From Eledone cirrhosa (Eukaryota), in assembly GCA_964016885.1 (NCBI GenBank), contig OZ024741.1, forward strand, positions 160,580,001-160,644,000: a DNA stretch of 64,000 nucleotides, given 5' to 3'. The notes beneath the pieces are model-generated. The model was given only the letters and a program-made list of their open reading frames with translations. It was not told the origin of the DNA and did no database searches. The position numbers were made by a program, and so were the translations under genes. Positions 13,171-26,124 of this stretch are shown one piece after another; positions within the stretch are counted from its first letter, which is position 1, and every line of letters starts with the position of its first letter.

Positions 13171-14198
13171 GTTTGAATTTGTAAAGCCAAAACAATGCAG
13201 GCATGGACATAGAATAAAGAATGCAAATGCAAAAGATATTGTTGACAATTAGTCTTTTACCTTAGATTTATTTAAATGTCCTTAATTTTCGAGATAATAT
13301 CTCTTCTTCGGGGGGAAGTAAAGTGGTTAAACCATTGTTCTAAATAGCTTGCCAAGTCATGCTGTCAGGAAATGGTATAGAGTATCTGTTCTATCTCTAA
13401 TGTCAAAGAGTTAAGGTTAGGTGGATAAAGAGTAGTCTCCCTTTAAAAGGGGGGGGGGGTTGTACATGTCTGTTTAAGTGTGTGGGAGAATGCGTGAATG
13501 TGTAAGTATGTGTGTGTGTGAGTGTGAGAAGATATGTCTATACGTGAATGTGAGGGATAGATGTTCTCTCGTGTTAGAACTGGTCTTTGTGTGTGTGTGT
13601 GTGTGAGAGAGAATAAGTGGAAGTGTAAGCGTGTGTGTGTGTGTACGTGTGTATGGGAGGGGTGTAAATACGGGGCTAGAAGTTCTATCAAGTTATAAAT
13701 TGGGTGTTGAGTTGTTGAGTTCTAGTTTATTATTGATTGGTGCTTGTATTTTGTCTATAATTAGTGCTTCCTTAATTCTAAGATTGCCGAGGTTTCTTTC
13801 CTTAGTTTCTATCCTAACTGTTATGGTTTTGTCGGTGTTTTTGCATTTCACTAGGTGTTTCTTAAATGAGGAAGCGTTAGTATTGAGATGTTCTTTTATT
13901 CTTATGTGGAGTGGTCTGGTGGTGCTACCTACGTAGAAGTTGCTGCATTTGTCGCACTCTAGTCTGTATACGACGTAAGCCTGTGGGCATAGGTCTGTGT
14001 CGTTGATGGGGCAGTTGGCTAGCCTGCAGCGGTTGTCATGTCTGGTGGAGTGTCTTTTGGACAACCGCTGCAGGCTAGCCAACTGCCCCATCAACGACAC
14101 AGACCTATGCCACCAGGCTTACGTCGTATACAGACTAGAGTGCGACAAATGCAGCAACTTCTACGTAGGTAGCACCACCAGACCACTCCACATAAGAA
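13168..14198 (-). mobile_element. 5'-truncated PLE of a second family (GIY-YIG domain + 3' region) with short inverted 5' duplication
   Basis: ORF 13693-14037 reads VVYRLECDKCSNFYVGSTTRPLHIRIKEH...IKEALII...INNK (GIY-YIG). Inverted arms 13899-14037 and 14060-14198. 3' end abuts (TA)n. HHR-like motif at 13279-13317. Confidence 0.88.
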
Positions 14199-17100
14199 AG
14201 GGGGAGACAGTTCATATGGGTAACACATACCCCCGAAAAAATGTGCAACCCTCATCTCCAGGAGTACGAAGAGTTTGTACTCCTTTCCTCTCCTCCTCCT
14301 TTTCCTCAGTCTGATATAGAGAGAAGGCCCATTCACTTGGGCCATTCTCGCCACTTTCACCCACCTTTCATAAAACTTGCTTGGGTACAGCACCTCTCTC
14401 TCCATCCTGATTCCTCTTCCAAAGTGGTATTTGAAAAAAAAATCAGTTGTTAGCCGGAGAGAAAGGTGTCTGGCCTCAACCCTTTAAACCTTGTCCACCA
14501 TACAACCTCTTTCGCCATAGCTATCACACAAAGGAAAAACGCCTCTCCTTCATTTTGGAAGGAGGGTGGCGGTTTGATCATGACAATGGACTCGGTGGTC
14601 AACCGGATTGTTCCCACCCGCGACAATAGTCGTTCTACATAGCCCCACAGGTCAGTGACGTCCGGGCAGTGTATGAATGCGTGCGCGACGGTTTCTTCGT
14701 CTCACACGCACCTCGGACAGATCTTTTTTGCAGGGTCTCTGCCCGGGGCCCATGTCTGTAGAGCTTGTCTCGAAATGGTAGAGCTCCTCGGTAGCACTGC
14801 CAGGCCAGGGACTTTTGGAAGTTGTCCATCGGTCCCGGGCGGAAGGTCCTACCGAACAGACTGGCCAGTTCATCTTCCTCTACGCCTAGAGGTTCTCCGA
14901 GCACGTCGTCGCACTTGCTGTGGATCAACCCTCTATAGAGTGACGAAGTGGAGTCTCCACTGATCGCCGGGTCCGCCTGCCAGAGGGCTGTGAGCGCCTG
15001 AGCACATTCGATGTGCCAGTCGCCAATTTTCCTCGGTCTTTGCTTGACCCAGGACTGCAGCTCAGTCAGCGAAACGAGTCGTGGGAAGGCTCGCCTCACG
15101 AACGGGGCCCACGCCGGTTGTCCGGTGAGGAATACGTAGAGATGCCGCAGCCTGAGCGCGTGTTTGCGCATCGTCAGCCACGGCATCCCCAGCCCTCCGT
15201 TGGGAGGGTGTTGGCAGCAGATGGATCTTCTCACCAAAGGAGCCCGCCTCTTCCAAAGGAATTGGAAGAGCGCGCGCTCCATTTTGGCGAGCCTTTTGGC
15301 TGGACAAGGCACGACGGTCAAGCGGTAGTAGATGGCGGACGCTATAAAAGTGTTCGCCACCTCCGCTCGACCTTTGAAGGATAGTTTGCACTCGGCCCAC
15401 TTCTGGGTGAGTGCAAACACCTTGGCCGACACCTCGTTCCAGTTCTTCTCCACCTGGAGGTCCGGAGCAAACCCGACCCCGAACAGCTTTACTGGTCCTT
15501 CCGTCCAGCGTCGAACGATGCCATCGGAAGGCATCGGTTTGCCTCTCCACGATCCGAGTTGCAAACCGATGGACTTGTCCCGGTTCAGCTTCGCTCCTGT
15601 GAACCTTTCGTATTCCTTCAGTAAGGTGCCGACTTCCTCGATTTGCGAGGCGCTCGACACGATTACTGTCACGTCGTCGGCGTAGGCCGACGCCGCTTTC
15701 CGCAGTCCCAGTTCCAGAGGGTTGCCCTGCAATAGCTCCAGCTTCCGCAGTAGTGGCTCGAGAGTCAGTACGTACAGAAGGGAGGAGAGAGGGCATCCTT
15801 GTCGAATGGATCGCGTGATATGGAACGGCTCCGAGAGGTAGCCGTTCACCTTAACCCATGAGCAGATGTTGATGTTGTGCATTGCAGCAATCCAGCCCCT
15901 GAACACGAGTCCGAAGCCTGCCGCCTCGAGCACCGCATCCAGGTAACGATGGTCAACCCTATCGAAAGCCTTAGACTGATCCAAGTTGATCACCCTACCT
16001 TCTCTATGATCTATCGCATGAGGTGGAGGTTGTCGTATATGGACCTGGTCGGGATTGCGCATGTCTGCGCTTCTCCCACCAGGTTCTTGACGACAAGCGC
16101 CAGCCTCTTTGCCAACACCTTGGCCAAAATCTGTAACTCTGTGTTTAGCAGAGTTATGGGGCGGAAGTTGCCTATGTCATCCCCCTTATTCTCGTCCTTC
16201 CTGACTAGTGTGACTACGCCCCCGGTCACAGAACTGGGAATCCTCCCGTTCTGTTGCCAGTTGCAGTAAACCGCTTCCAGGAGACCGGAGAATAAGTACG
16301 ACATTGCTACGTAAAATTCGTAGGGTAGACCGTCGAGACCTGGAGATTTGCGTTTGCCGCATTGGCTCAGCGCGTCCCATATCTCAGCGGCTAAGATCGG
16401 CCTTTCAAAGAACTTTGCCTCGCTGTCCGAGAGTCGCAGTAGGCCTCGAGGTATGGACCGAAATCCATAGCCTCTCCCGGCGCGCCGCCCTGTCCGAACA
16501 GCTGAGCAAAGTGCCGCTGAAAGGCCGCACACATATGCTTCGGCTCACGTATCACGCGTCCGTTTTTGTCCTTCAAAGACCGAATCGTGGACTTGTTGCC
16601 ACTTTTTGCCTCCGTCACTCGGACCCATCTAACAGCTTTGGCTCCCTCGTTTCCCAGAGCACGTATTTTGCTTCTGACAACGCAGCCCTCATGCTTTGCG
16701 TCGAAGAACTGGTCCAAGGCTGTTTTCGTTGCTAGCACGCTGGCTACGTTGCCACTTCTAATTGCCTCTTCTACTTTATCTACCAGTTCCTTCTCAGTTC
16801 TATTTCTATCTAACGCTAATTCTTTACTAAAAACTAACGAGTCTAATCTAACTGCCATCTTGAGAGAGTACCACCATCTGTTGTTGACAATGGCCCCTGT
16901 CAAGTGCTGTTTAACTAAAGTGCTAATCCGTCTACTGTAGGCTTTGCATGTCGGTAACGACAAGTTCAGCTTCCAGTAGCCGGGTCCTTGTCTATGGGTT
17001 CTATTAAGGTTGACCATGCAGGTCACTAGTTTGTGATCTGAATAGGCAACCATGAACATTTGTGGACAGCTTAACATGTCCCTATCCTTATTTCTAACTA

Positions 17101-17556
17101 GAACCCTATCTAGATGTTCCGCTAAGATTAGTCCACGTCTACAGTGTCACAGTCTGAAAATCTAGTCGATATCTGTCGGCCAGGTCAAACCGGCCGATTC
17201 ACTGTTTGAGGCTGTTACCCCCCCCCCCCCCCTTTATCGGGACATGTTCCCACATAGTCCCAACGTGCATCTAGGAATCCATTCCAGTCCCCCACTAAAA
17301 GCAAGGGGCGGGACGTTCCCAGAAAAGTCTCTAGACGTTTGAAGAAGTCTGGCCGCGGTGTCCCGGATGGGGCATATACGGCCACCAGTCTGAAGGCTCC
17401 ACCTTCACTACCGTCAACGTCTAGAACCACCAGTCGACACTCCGGGTCCAGATGTACCGTCTGTGTTACAAGGCTCAGGTGTTTCCGCAGAAAAACGGCA
17501 ACTCCGCCCCCACCCCCCGGCCGACAGAGAGATGCGTAGATCTCAAAGTCATCGAA
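14199..17556 (-). mobile_element. Tx1/L1-clade LINE ORF2 (APE endonuclease + RT), frameshifted, 5'-truncated
   Basis: LVAVYAPS, LVGDWN, YSDHKLV, GPGYWKLN, KSPGLDGLPYEFY, NFRPITLLN, LDQSKAFDRVDH, RQGCPLS, AYADDV, GGLG across several frames. Confidence 0.93.
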
Positions 17557-17645
17557 GATAGATAGATAGATAGATAGATAGGTAGGTAGGTAGGTAGGTA
17601 GGTTTAGATGGATTGATGGATGGATTATATCTAATTATCTATCTA
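17557..17645. repeat. (GATA)n/(GGTA)n/(TCTA)n microsatellite between two divergent Tx1 copies
   Basis: Read directly from the sequence. Confidence 0.85.
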
Positions 17646-18745
17646 TCCATACACGACAACCTCCATCTCATGCGATACATCATAGAGAGGGTAAGGTGTA
17701 AACCCAGCTTCGGTGGGGCCCTGATCAACTTGGATCAGTCTAAGGCTTTCGATAGGGTTGACCATCGTTACCTGGATGCGGTGCTCGAGGCGGCAGGATT
17801 CGGACTCGTGTTCAGGGGCTCACAGCCCTCTGGCAGGCGGACCCGGCGATCAGTGGAGACTCCACTTCGTCATTCTATGGAGGGTTGATCCGCAGCAAGT
17901 GCGACGACGTGCTCGGTGAAACTCTAGGCGTAGAGGAAGACGAACTAGCCAGTCTGTTCGGTAGGACCTTCCACCCAGGACCGATGGACAACTTCCAAAA
18001 GTCCCTGGCCTGGCAGTGCTACCGAGGAGCTCTACCAGTTCGAGTCAAGCTCTACAGACATGCGCGCCCGGGCAGGGACCCTGCAAAAAAAGATCTCTCC
18101 GAGGTGTGTGCGAGACGAAGAAACCGTCGCGCACTCATTCATACACTGCCCGGGCGTCACCGACCTGTGGGGCTATGTAGAACGACTATTGTCGCGGGTG
18201 GGACCAATCCGGTTGACCACCGAGTCCATTGTCATGATCAAACCGCCACCCTCCTTCAAAAACGAGGGAGAGGCGGTTTTCCTTTATGTGATAGCTATGG
18301 CGAAAGAGGTTGTATGGTGGACAAGGTTGAAAGGGCTGAGGTCAGACACCTTTCTCTCCGGCCAACAACTGATTCTTTTTTTCAAATACCACTTTGGAAG
18401 AAGAATCAGGATGGAGAGAGAGGTGCTGTACCCCAGCAAGTTTTATGAAAGGTGGGTGAAAGTGGCGAGAATGGCCCGAGTGAATGGGCCTTCTCTCTAT
18501 ATCAGCCTGTAGGTTGAGGAAAAAGAGGAAGAGAGGAAAGGGGTACTCACTCTTCGTACTCCTGGAGATGAGGGTTGCACATTTTTTTTCGGGGGTATGT
18601 GTTACCCATATGTAATGTCTCCCCCTATTGGGGAAAATCGATTAACTTTTAAATTACATTTGTGATAATATTTTACACGTTTTTATTGTATGTAAACTCC
18701 CCCTTTGTATTTGTCCCCTTCTTTTGGCTAATAAAGAAACATATC
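17646..18745 (+). mobile_element. Second Tx1-like copy, 5'-truncated with large internal deletion, intact 3' end
   Basis: HDNLHLMRY...LDQSKAFDRVDH, then a jump at ~17818 to the ORF2 C-terminus (KCDDVLGE..., ETVAHSFIHC). AATAAA near 18730, followed by TCTA-like repeats. Confidence 0.9.
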
Positions 18746-18771
18746 TCTCTATCTGTCCAAATATCTATCTA

Positions 18772-18855
<84 letters not shown>

Positions 18856-19441
18856 ACGCACACACACATATATATATAAGAGGCGGGTATAGATATACAT
18901 ATGTACATAAACTTGTATCTATGTATACATATATGTATATGTATATTATATATATATAAATGTATTTTATATATATATATATACATATGCGTGTGTATGT
19001 ACGTAAATATGTACGAATGTATGCATGTACGTATGTATGAATGTTTGAATGTATGTACGTATATATGTATATATGTATGAATATATGTAAGTATATGTAT
19101 GTGTGTATACAACATACATATATAGGTTAACATATCCAAAAATATAAGCAGTTTCTTCTATTATGTTGTTTATTTTTTCATTATTTTTTCTAGTATGTGG
19201 AGAGGGAGTTTGTGTTTATTTTTGCTTTTACCTATTAAATAAATATTTTATCTCTACTGTGAACTATATCGAGGAGAGAGAGGGGGAGGGGGAATGCGCC
19301 AGAGACAAGAGATAGAAAAATAAAAACATACATAAGGCAAAAAGTAACGCATCTAAAAGATACTAAAAAATAAACCCTGAATATTTAGTCATCTATTTTA
19401 TCTCTAACGAAATATCTTTTGTATTAAAATACATACATAAT

Positions 19442-19520
<79 letters not shown>

Positions 19521-19570
19521 AAGATTGAACAATAACATGGTCGGCTGTACAACAAGGGGCTTTATTTCAA

Positions 19571-19681
19571 GTATTAACAATTGTTTCATTGATCAAGTGA
19601 GTCTAGAGGCCGCTAATCACTCGAAGTTGCGTCACTCGACCTCCAATACAGTGTTTACCTCTGATCAAATGCTCAGAATAC
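19571..19681 (-). ncRNA. Degenerate hammerhead motif in a PLE terminal remnant
   Basis: Minus: gtatt-CTGAGCA-ttgatca...tgatcaat-GAAAC AATT GTT-aatac. Stems I-III present, one core mismatch. (TA)n lies about 55 bp downstream. Confidence 0.55.
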
Positions 19682-19844
19682 GGAAGAACTCACATATGGC
19701 ATGGTATATATAAAGATACAGCGTAGAATCAAATCAAAATTGTTTTTGTTTTGTCTTGTAAGGGACAAAACCAAACTGAGGCACACTAGGGTTAATAGAG
19801 AGGTAGTGGGATCAGTCAATCCGCCATCAGCGCATACCGTAATA

Positions 19845-19995
19845 AGAAGCTAGCAATCTAAGAGTTGTGTAACGATTGGAGCCCATATTTAGGCAGTTTT
19901 GATAAAAGATCAGAAGGTGAAACACTGTTGATTGCTTTGTTAATGTCCAGAGTAGCAATACTTTCCACAAAGAGCTCGCCATTAGATAACATGCA
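19845..19995 (-). pseudogene. Old CR1/L2/Jockey-type RT fragment
   Basis: Minus frame LDINKAINSVSPSDLLSKLPKYG...*IASFL resembles LDxxKAFDSV...LLxKLxxYG...WIxSFL. Confidence 0.55.
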
Positions 19996-21344
19996 TGTCA
20001 TTTACACCACCTCTTCTAGTGTAGTAGTGTATATGAAGACATACACGTTTATGTACAATAAACATACAAGAGCCTCGCTATGAATGTTTCAAGTTTTAAT
20101 CATGTCACAACAATCTCAGTAGCCGGTGATAATGCCAGACACAGGTTTCTGGATATTTTCTCTCGGCACTGAGACAAGAATAAGCTTAAAGCGTGCATGC
20201 TTTTCTGCGTATAAAACATTGGCTGAAGATGTGCATTTGCATATAATGGGAACTTGGCTGGCTAGGATTAATTCGCAGTAGGACTATATACTGGTTTATG
20301 AATATATAAATGTGTGCGTCTGCGCGCGCGCGTGTGTGTGTGTGTGTACTGATTTATGTTTATGCAAATCTATATTAATATCAATATTTATTATTTTAAT
20401 TATCTATCACTTTTATCTATCCTAGTCTTATTTTATATCTATTGAAATACATATCTAATTTTATAATTTACTTAGTCTTAGTATCTCCTATATTTTACTT
20501 TTGATACCCTCCCTGCACTAAATCTATCAATACTATGTAGTTAGTTATCACTTTCAATGATATAAGTTTCTAGCTATATTACAAATTTAGCTTCGGTCTA
20601 CCATTCCCTTCCTTTCTCCCCTATCTCTCTCTATCTCTCTATATATAAAATTCTTTGTCTCTCTTCTCTGTCTATCTATCTGTCTTTTTTCTTATGCATT
20701 CTCAAACACTCGACCAAATCAAATCAAATTTTACAAGGTATTAGACCCCCAACCCCGGGAGTAATAACATGTAATTTTTATTTCCATTTGGATTAAAACA
20801 ATATAACATTTTATATAAAATAATCTACTATAGTCAACTAATAACACGACGACGACGTCACATTTTGTATATAAGTGTGTATGTGTCTGTGGGTGTGTGT
20901 GTGATTGCGCGTTCGTCACGTACAGTAGGCCTTAGTAAGTTACATACACACACATCTTCACGTAAATATTTAATCAGATACACAGAGAATTAAACACACA
21001 CACACACATCTACACATTCATATACATGTGTGTGTGATTGTATGTGAGAGTGTATGTGTGTGTGAGTATACATTCATTTCTGTGACGACTGACATAACAA
21101 AATACTGGGAGTGAAACTATGTGTGTGTTTGTATGAATGTATGTCTGTGTGTGTTTTTTATAAGTGTATGTTTGTGTGAGTGTATGTGTGTCTGTTCGTT
21201 TATATTTATATTCTCATGCCGTTAAATTAGCAGTTAATACATTTGCTTATATTTTGGTTAATTTACACTGCATACAAAAATAGAGATTAATATTTTTTTT
21301 TGGGGGGGGGGGGGATTTTATTTGTTTACAATATTGAAAAAAAT

Positions 21345-21600
21345 GTCTTTATTCTAAAAATTCCTTTCAGACCTACAGCTGTTCCATTTGAATTTAAGAG
21401 GCTTCAGTTTCCAATCAAACTAAGTTTTGTTATTTCAATTAACAAATCTCAGGGTCAATCACTCAAGATAGTTGGACTTGATCTCTCTACTACACGTTTC
21501 TCCCGCGGTCAACTCTATGTTGGTCGTTCATGAGTTGGAAGCAGCAACAATTTATTCATTTGAGCACCAACAAAAAATTACACAATGAATATTGTAGGTG
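21345..21600 (+). pseudogene. Helitron PIF1-type helicase C-terminal fragment
   Basis: IPFRPTAVPFEFKRLQFPIKLSFVISINKSQGQSLKIVGLDL...FSRGQLYVG. Confidence 0.85.
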
Positions 21601-21822
21601 CTTCAAGATTAACAGACTTTCATTTCTAAATTCTATTACCATTACAATTTTGATATTTTTTTATAAAATATAGATATTTTGAAATTATGAGAAAAAATAT
21701 AGCCTCGTATTTATTGTTTATTAAACTGAATAAGAACAGCAGTACCCGGGCCGTTGTTTATATATACCCAACACTTTACCGATCACCTCAGACACACTCT
21801 GTTTTCTGTTAAATCCCCAAGA

Positions 21823-21902
21823 CTGACGAGCAGATCGATGCTGGAGTCAAGTCCATGTCTTCCATAGGTGACAATGAGCCAATCATCTATGAAACGTACG
21901 TC
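21823..21902 (+). ncRNA. Hammerhead core (stem I eroded) in PLE terminal remnant
   Basis: CTGACGA...GAAAC GTAC GTC with palindromic stem III. Microsatellite lies ~120 bp downstream. Confidence 0.5.
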
Positions 21903-22089
21903 ATAGATCGATACCCAATAAAAACATGTAAACAAAACTTCCTCGTTTATTTTTTAATATATACATTCTTCCTGTGAATCGAGTACTCATATTGGTACCA
22001 CCACTAATAATTCATTGAATCATCTATATCTATCTATATATCTATCTATCTCTCTCTATATATATATAATATATATAATATATATATAA

Positions 22090-22557
22090 TCAAAGATTAA
22101 TATGGTTCATTGATTACTCAATGAATATAGTTTTACAATAGATTAAAAGCACTCTACAGTGAATTTTTCTGGAGTTATTAATATTATTCAGAATATTAAT
22201 AAATGAACACATTCACATAATCAAAATATATGCTTTATTATATATATTTCGAAGGTACTGTGCTGTTTTTTTTTCAGTACGTCCTCGTCAGATAAAATAC
22301 ATGAATTGATGTATGACATACCTCAACGGTCTTGATGGTTCAATTTCAGTATTGATGGTCTTGATGGTTCAATTCCAGTACTGCCAATACTGGAATTGAA
22401 CCATCAAGAACGTTGAGGTATGTCATACATCAATTCATGTATTTTATCTGACGAGGACGTACTGAAAAAACAGCACAGTACCTTCGAAATATATATAATA
22501 AAACATATATTTTGATTATGTGAATGTCTTCATTTATTCATATTCTGAATAATATAA
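22090..22557. mobile_element. Fold-back PLE terminal remnant with a hammerhead in each arm (22234-22297 minus, 22442-22503 plus)
   Basis: Inverted arms ~22181-22353 and ~22385-22555. Each has ttttat-CTGACGA-ggacgtactg...cagtaccttc-GAAAT ATAT ATA-ataaa. TA-rich repeats on both sides. Confidence 0.85.
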
Positions 22558-22665
22558 TATATATATATATATATATATATACTGAAGTAAAAGTTAAGTG
22601 GAAATATCCAAGAGTAAGAACACTCAGTCCATAGGACGAGTTTAGTATAAATAATTTTTCTCATG

Positions 22666-22715
22666 ACAGGCTGAAGAAATCGGGGCCCAGAACCCCAAAA
22701 AACTTGACTACCTGT
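22666..22715 (+). ncRNA. Decayed hammerhead motif
   Basis: acagg-CTGAAGA...gggg/cccc...AAAAC TTGA CTA-cctgt. Stems I and II kept, GAAA mutated. Confidence 0.35.
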
Positions 22716-22950
22716 TTATGTCACTGTTGTAATTATTTATATATAGTCTTCAACCTTTGTATTTATCGTTTTTGTGTGGCTACTGCATTCAGTCGTTTTT
22801 CTCGGTGTCACATATAATAACTAATGAGTTTTACTCTGGACAATAATGTTTAGCTTCTTGATCCCTTGAATGCTTCGTAATTGCCTCAAACAACGCGATT
22901 AGTACCTGCTATAAGGTGGCTACAACTTCATTTCATACTCAATACCATAA

Positions 22951-22995
<45 letters not shown>

Positions 22996-22998
<3 letters not shown>

Positions 22999-23698
22999 TA
23001 CGTCACTACATTAAAAGACGCCAACATCAGCTTCTCCACACACTGGCATATTGTCGGTAGGGCTGCACCCTACAATTTCAAGAGGAAGTGCCAGCTTTGC
23101 CTCATGGAGTTTTACTACATCATAAGAACAGCCCACAAGCTCATAAACAGCAGAGCCGAATCAGTCATAAACTGTAGGCACCGAATGCAAGCGTCTTACT
23201 TCGGGTGGGAAGCCACTGCGGCATGAAAACTATAAACTGGGTCCCCCTGCCCATAACATTCCGGTGGGCAGGCGGTGTAAACAAACATCTGTGAACTAAA
23301 TGTATATCCCAGACCCGGCTCGAACCGGCATTAGTAAAGCAGCACCCACAAAATAATAAATGTGCACCCCAGACCTGGCTCAAACCGGCATTAGTAAAAC
23401 AGCACCCATAACATAATAACGCAAAACACCATCATGTGAATGGGTAAAAAGCCAGTAGAACAAGATTATTCGAGCACCGGCCAGAGTCACTCCCCCTGCT
23501 CTGCGGTAATAACAACATATGTTCTTAAGCGAAGAATGAACTCTGATGTGAATTTAACCTTAAAACCCCTCCTGGGTCGCGTACTGATCATTTATTTTTT
23601 GTTTTCCGTGCCCTTGTAATCCCGTTCTGGGCGAAACGTACGTAGGTGCATTGTTATATAAACATGTTTTAACGGTATATACTCCTTTGTATTCATTT

Positions 23699-23700
<2 letters not shown>
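22996..23700 (+). mobile_element. 3' fragment of another Hydra-like PLE between (TA)n arrays
   Basis: Frame HWHIVGRAAPYNFKRKCQLCLMEFYYII...LINSRAESVINCRH aligns with the C-terminus of the 2122-4545 ORF. Half-HHR gccc...gggc GAAAC GTAC GTA at ~23610-23644. Confidence 0.8.
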
Positions 23701-23730
<30 letters not shown>

Positions 23731-23734
<4 letters not shown>

Positions 23735-24296
23735 TATCTATAAAGCTCAGTGTATGGTCACATTTCTTTGTTATAGAAATCTACGATATAGAATTTCTTC
23801 AATTAAAATTTACAATTCAGTATTCGAAATAGCTTCGATTGGGTCATGGCACATATATCTTTTTCAATTTCACCCACAATTACGCAAAAGATCGATAAAA
23901 CTCAATATTTTACGATTTTCCTCTCTCATTTCAACTGCTAAACTCTTTCCATTACCCATCAAAATTAACCCACTCGATATGCAAATTGGGCTACTCAGCC
24001 GTTAATATGCATAAGGTAAGTATATACGTTCAACAAGCTGGCAGGAAGGTATACGTTGCTGACGATAGCTAATAAGCTTGAAACTAGTACAGCGTTCCTT
24101 TGTCAGTGTTGAACAAACGAGCAACGATGGTTGCTGGACACTACGGCTTCATACGGGATGTTTGTTTACAAACACACCGAGCATTATAATAAATGTTCGG
24201 TGAATCCATACGTACATATATATATATGTGTGCATGTATGTATATATATACATACTACTGTGCGTCCGTATACATATATGTATGTACGTGTACATA

Positions 24297-24300
<4 letters not shown>
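23731..24300 (+). mobile_element. Non-autonomous Helitron-like repeat
   Basis: TC start (tcactatctataaagc). The 23965-24300 segment recurs at 41500-41800 (-), 42038-42390 (+) and 59200-59335 (-). Confidence 0.5.
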
Positions 24301-24377
<77 letters not shown>

Positions 24378-24632
24378 GGACGCATATATACGAATATGTA
24401 TGTATGTATATGTATTTATTTTCTAAATACAAAAGTGACTTCCAAGTTTTAGCTTGAACACTTAATCCGACAACCTCTTTCCTATAGTATTTTGAACAAA
24501 CATTCTAACATATTTATATGTTAGGCCGTCAAGTATGAAATTTGTTTTTTTTCTACAAATTTCTACAAATTTCATACTTGATGATCCAATATATATATAT
24601 ATGTGTGTGTGTGTGTATGTGTGTGTGTGTGT

Positions 24633-24677
<45 letters not shown>

Positions 24678-24729
24678 TGTGTTTCGTCGTTAAGTTAAAA
24701 ATCCTAATAAAATATGCTGTCTACTGATT

Positions 24730-25235
24730 AATTGTTTCTACTTTTGGCACAAGGTCAGCAATTACCCAGTACATTACTGGTACTTTATTTTATCGACCCC
24801 GTAAGGATGAAACGCAAAGCTAACCTCGGCAGGATTTGAACACAGAACATAAAAGGCCCTGAACTGTAATATCGGTAGATCGTCGGACAAAATGCTGTAA
24901 AGCATTTTGTCCGACGATCTACCGATACTGCCAAAGTTAACCTTGGCGAGATTTGAACTCAGAATGGCAAGGGCCGTAACTCTATACGTCAAAGCATGGC
25001 GTCCGACCCTCTACCGATACTGCCAATCCACCGCCCTATATAGATAATTGTTTCTACTTTAGGCACAAGGCCAGCAATTACCCAGTACATTACTGGTACT
25101 TTATTTTATCGACCCCGTAAGGATGAAAAGCAAAGTTAACCTCGACGGGATTTGAACTCAGACCGTAAAGGGATGTAACTATGCTGGACAGCATGGCGTC
25201 CGACTCTCTACCGATACTGCCAATCCACCGCCCTA
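24730..25235 (-). mobile_element. Two tandem Meta-domain tRNA-derived SINEs
   Basis: Head ggcagtatcggtagag...gagttcaaatcc and core gcctttcatccttacggggtcgataaaataaagtaccag. Imperfect flanking direct repeat tgtctNctgattaat. Confidence 0.85.
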
Positions 25236-25324
25236 GTTGTCTCCTGATTAATGACAATTAATATGTCGAGTACTCATTTACCTTCTTTCTTTTTCGCCTT
25301 AAAAAAATCCAATATATATGTATG

Positions 25325-25355
<31 letters not shown>

Positions 25356-25526
25356 GTGTCTGTCTGATTACGTGTGTATGTGTGTGTGTGTGCGTGTGCG
25401 TGTGTGTGTGTGTGTTTATGTATGTGACTACCTTCTTCCCGCTGAGATTCGCTCCCTCAACAACAAAAGTGTTGTATGTCAGAATGTCAGATCTTATGAT
25501 AACATCAAAGCTCATCTTATTATATG

Positions 25527-25577
<51 letters not shown>

Positions 25578-25580
25578 ATA

Positions 25581-25621
<41 letters not shown>

Positions 25622-25636
25622 ATGTGTATGTATGTG

Positions 25637-25677
<41 letters not shown>

Positions 25678-26124
25678 ATGTATATATGCATGTATGCATG
25701 TATAGATATGTATATATATGTATATATATATTAATAAAAGGAATTCCAACTTTGTCTGATTTACTCGTTTTATTTACAATCCTTTAAAATGATAATGATA
25801 TTATATATTTATATATATATTTATATGTACATATATATATACATATGTGTGTGTGTGTGTATGTATGTATCTATGCCACATTGTTTATTACTGATTTCAC
25901 ATGTATTCTTACTGTTTATTTCTGTTTATTACTTTTTCATTATTGATTTTCCTATATTGTAATATTTGTTTGCATTTCTCTTCTGTTTTTGATATGTTCA
26001 TATAATTATTTATTATCTTTATATACTAGTTTCATTTACTTAAAAACATTATTTTTTCTGTTATTTTTCCGAATTCTTTTTTCATTGTGGAATTGTGAGA
26101 TTGTTTTGTTTATTATTAATATTT

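Noticed and set aside
14655-16940. Plus-strand and alternate-frame ORFs
   Set aside because: Shadows of the GC-rich Tx1 ORF2.
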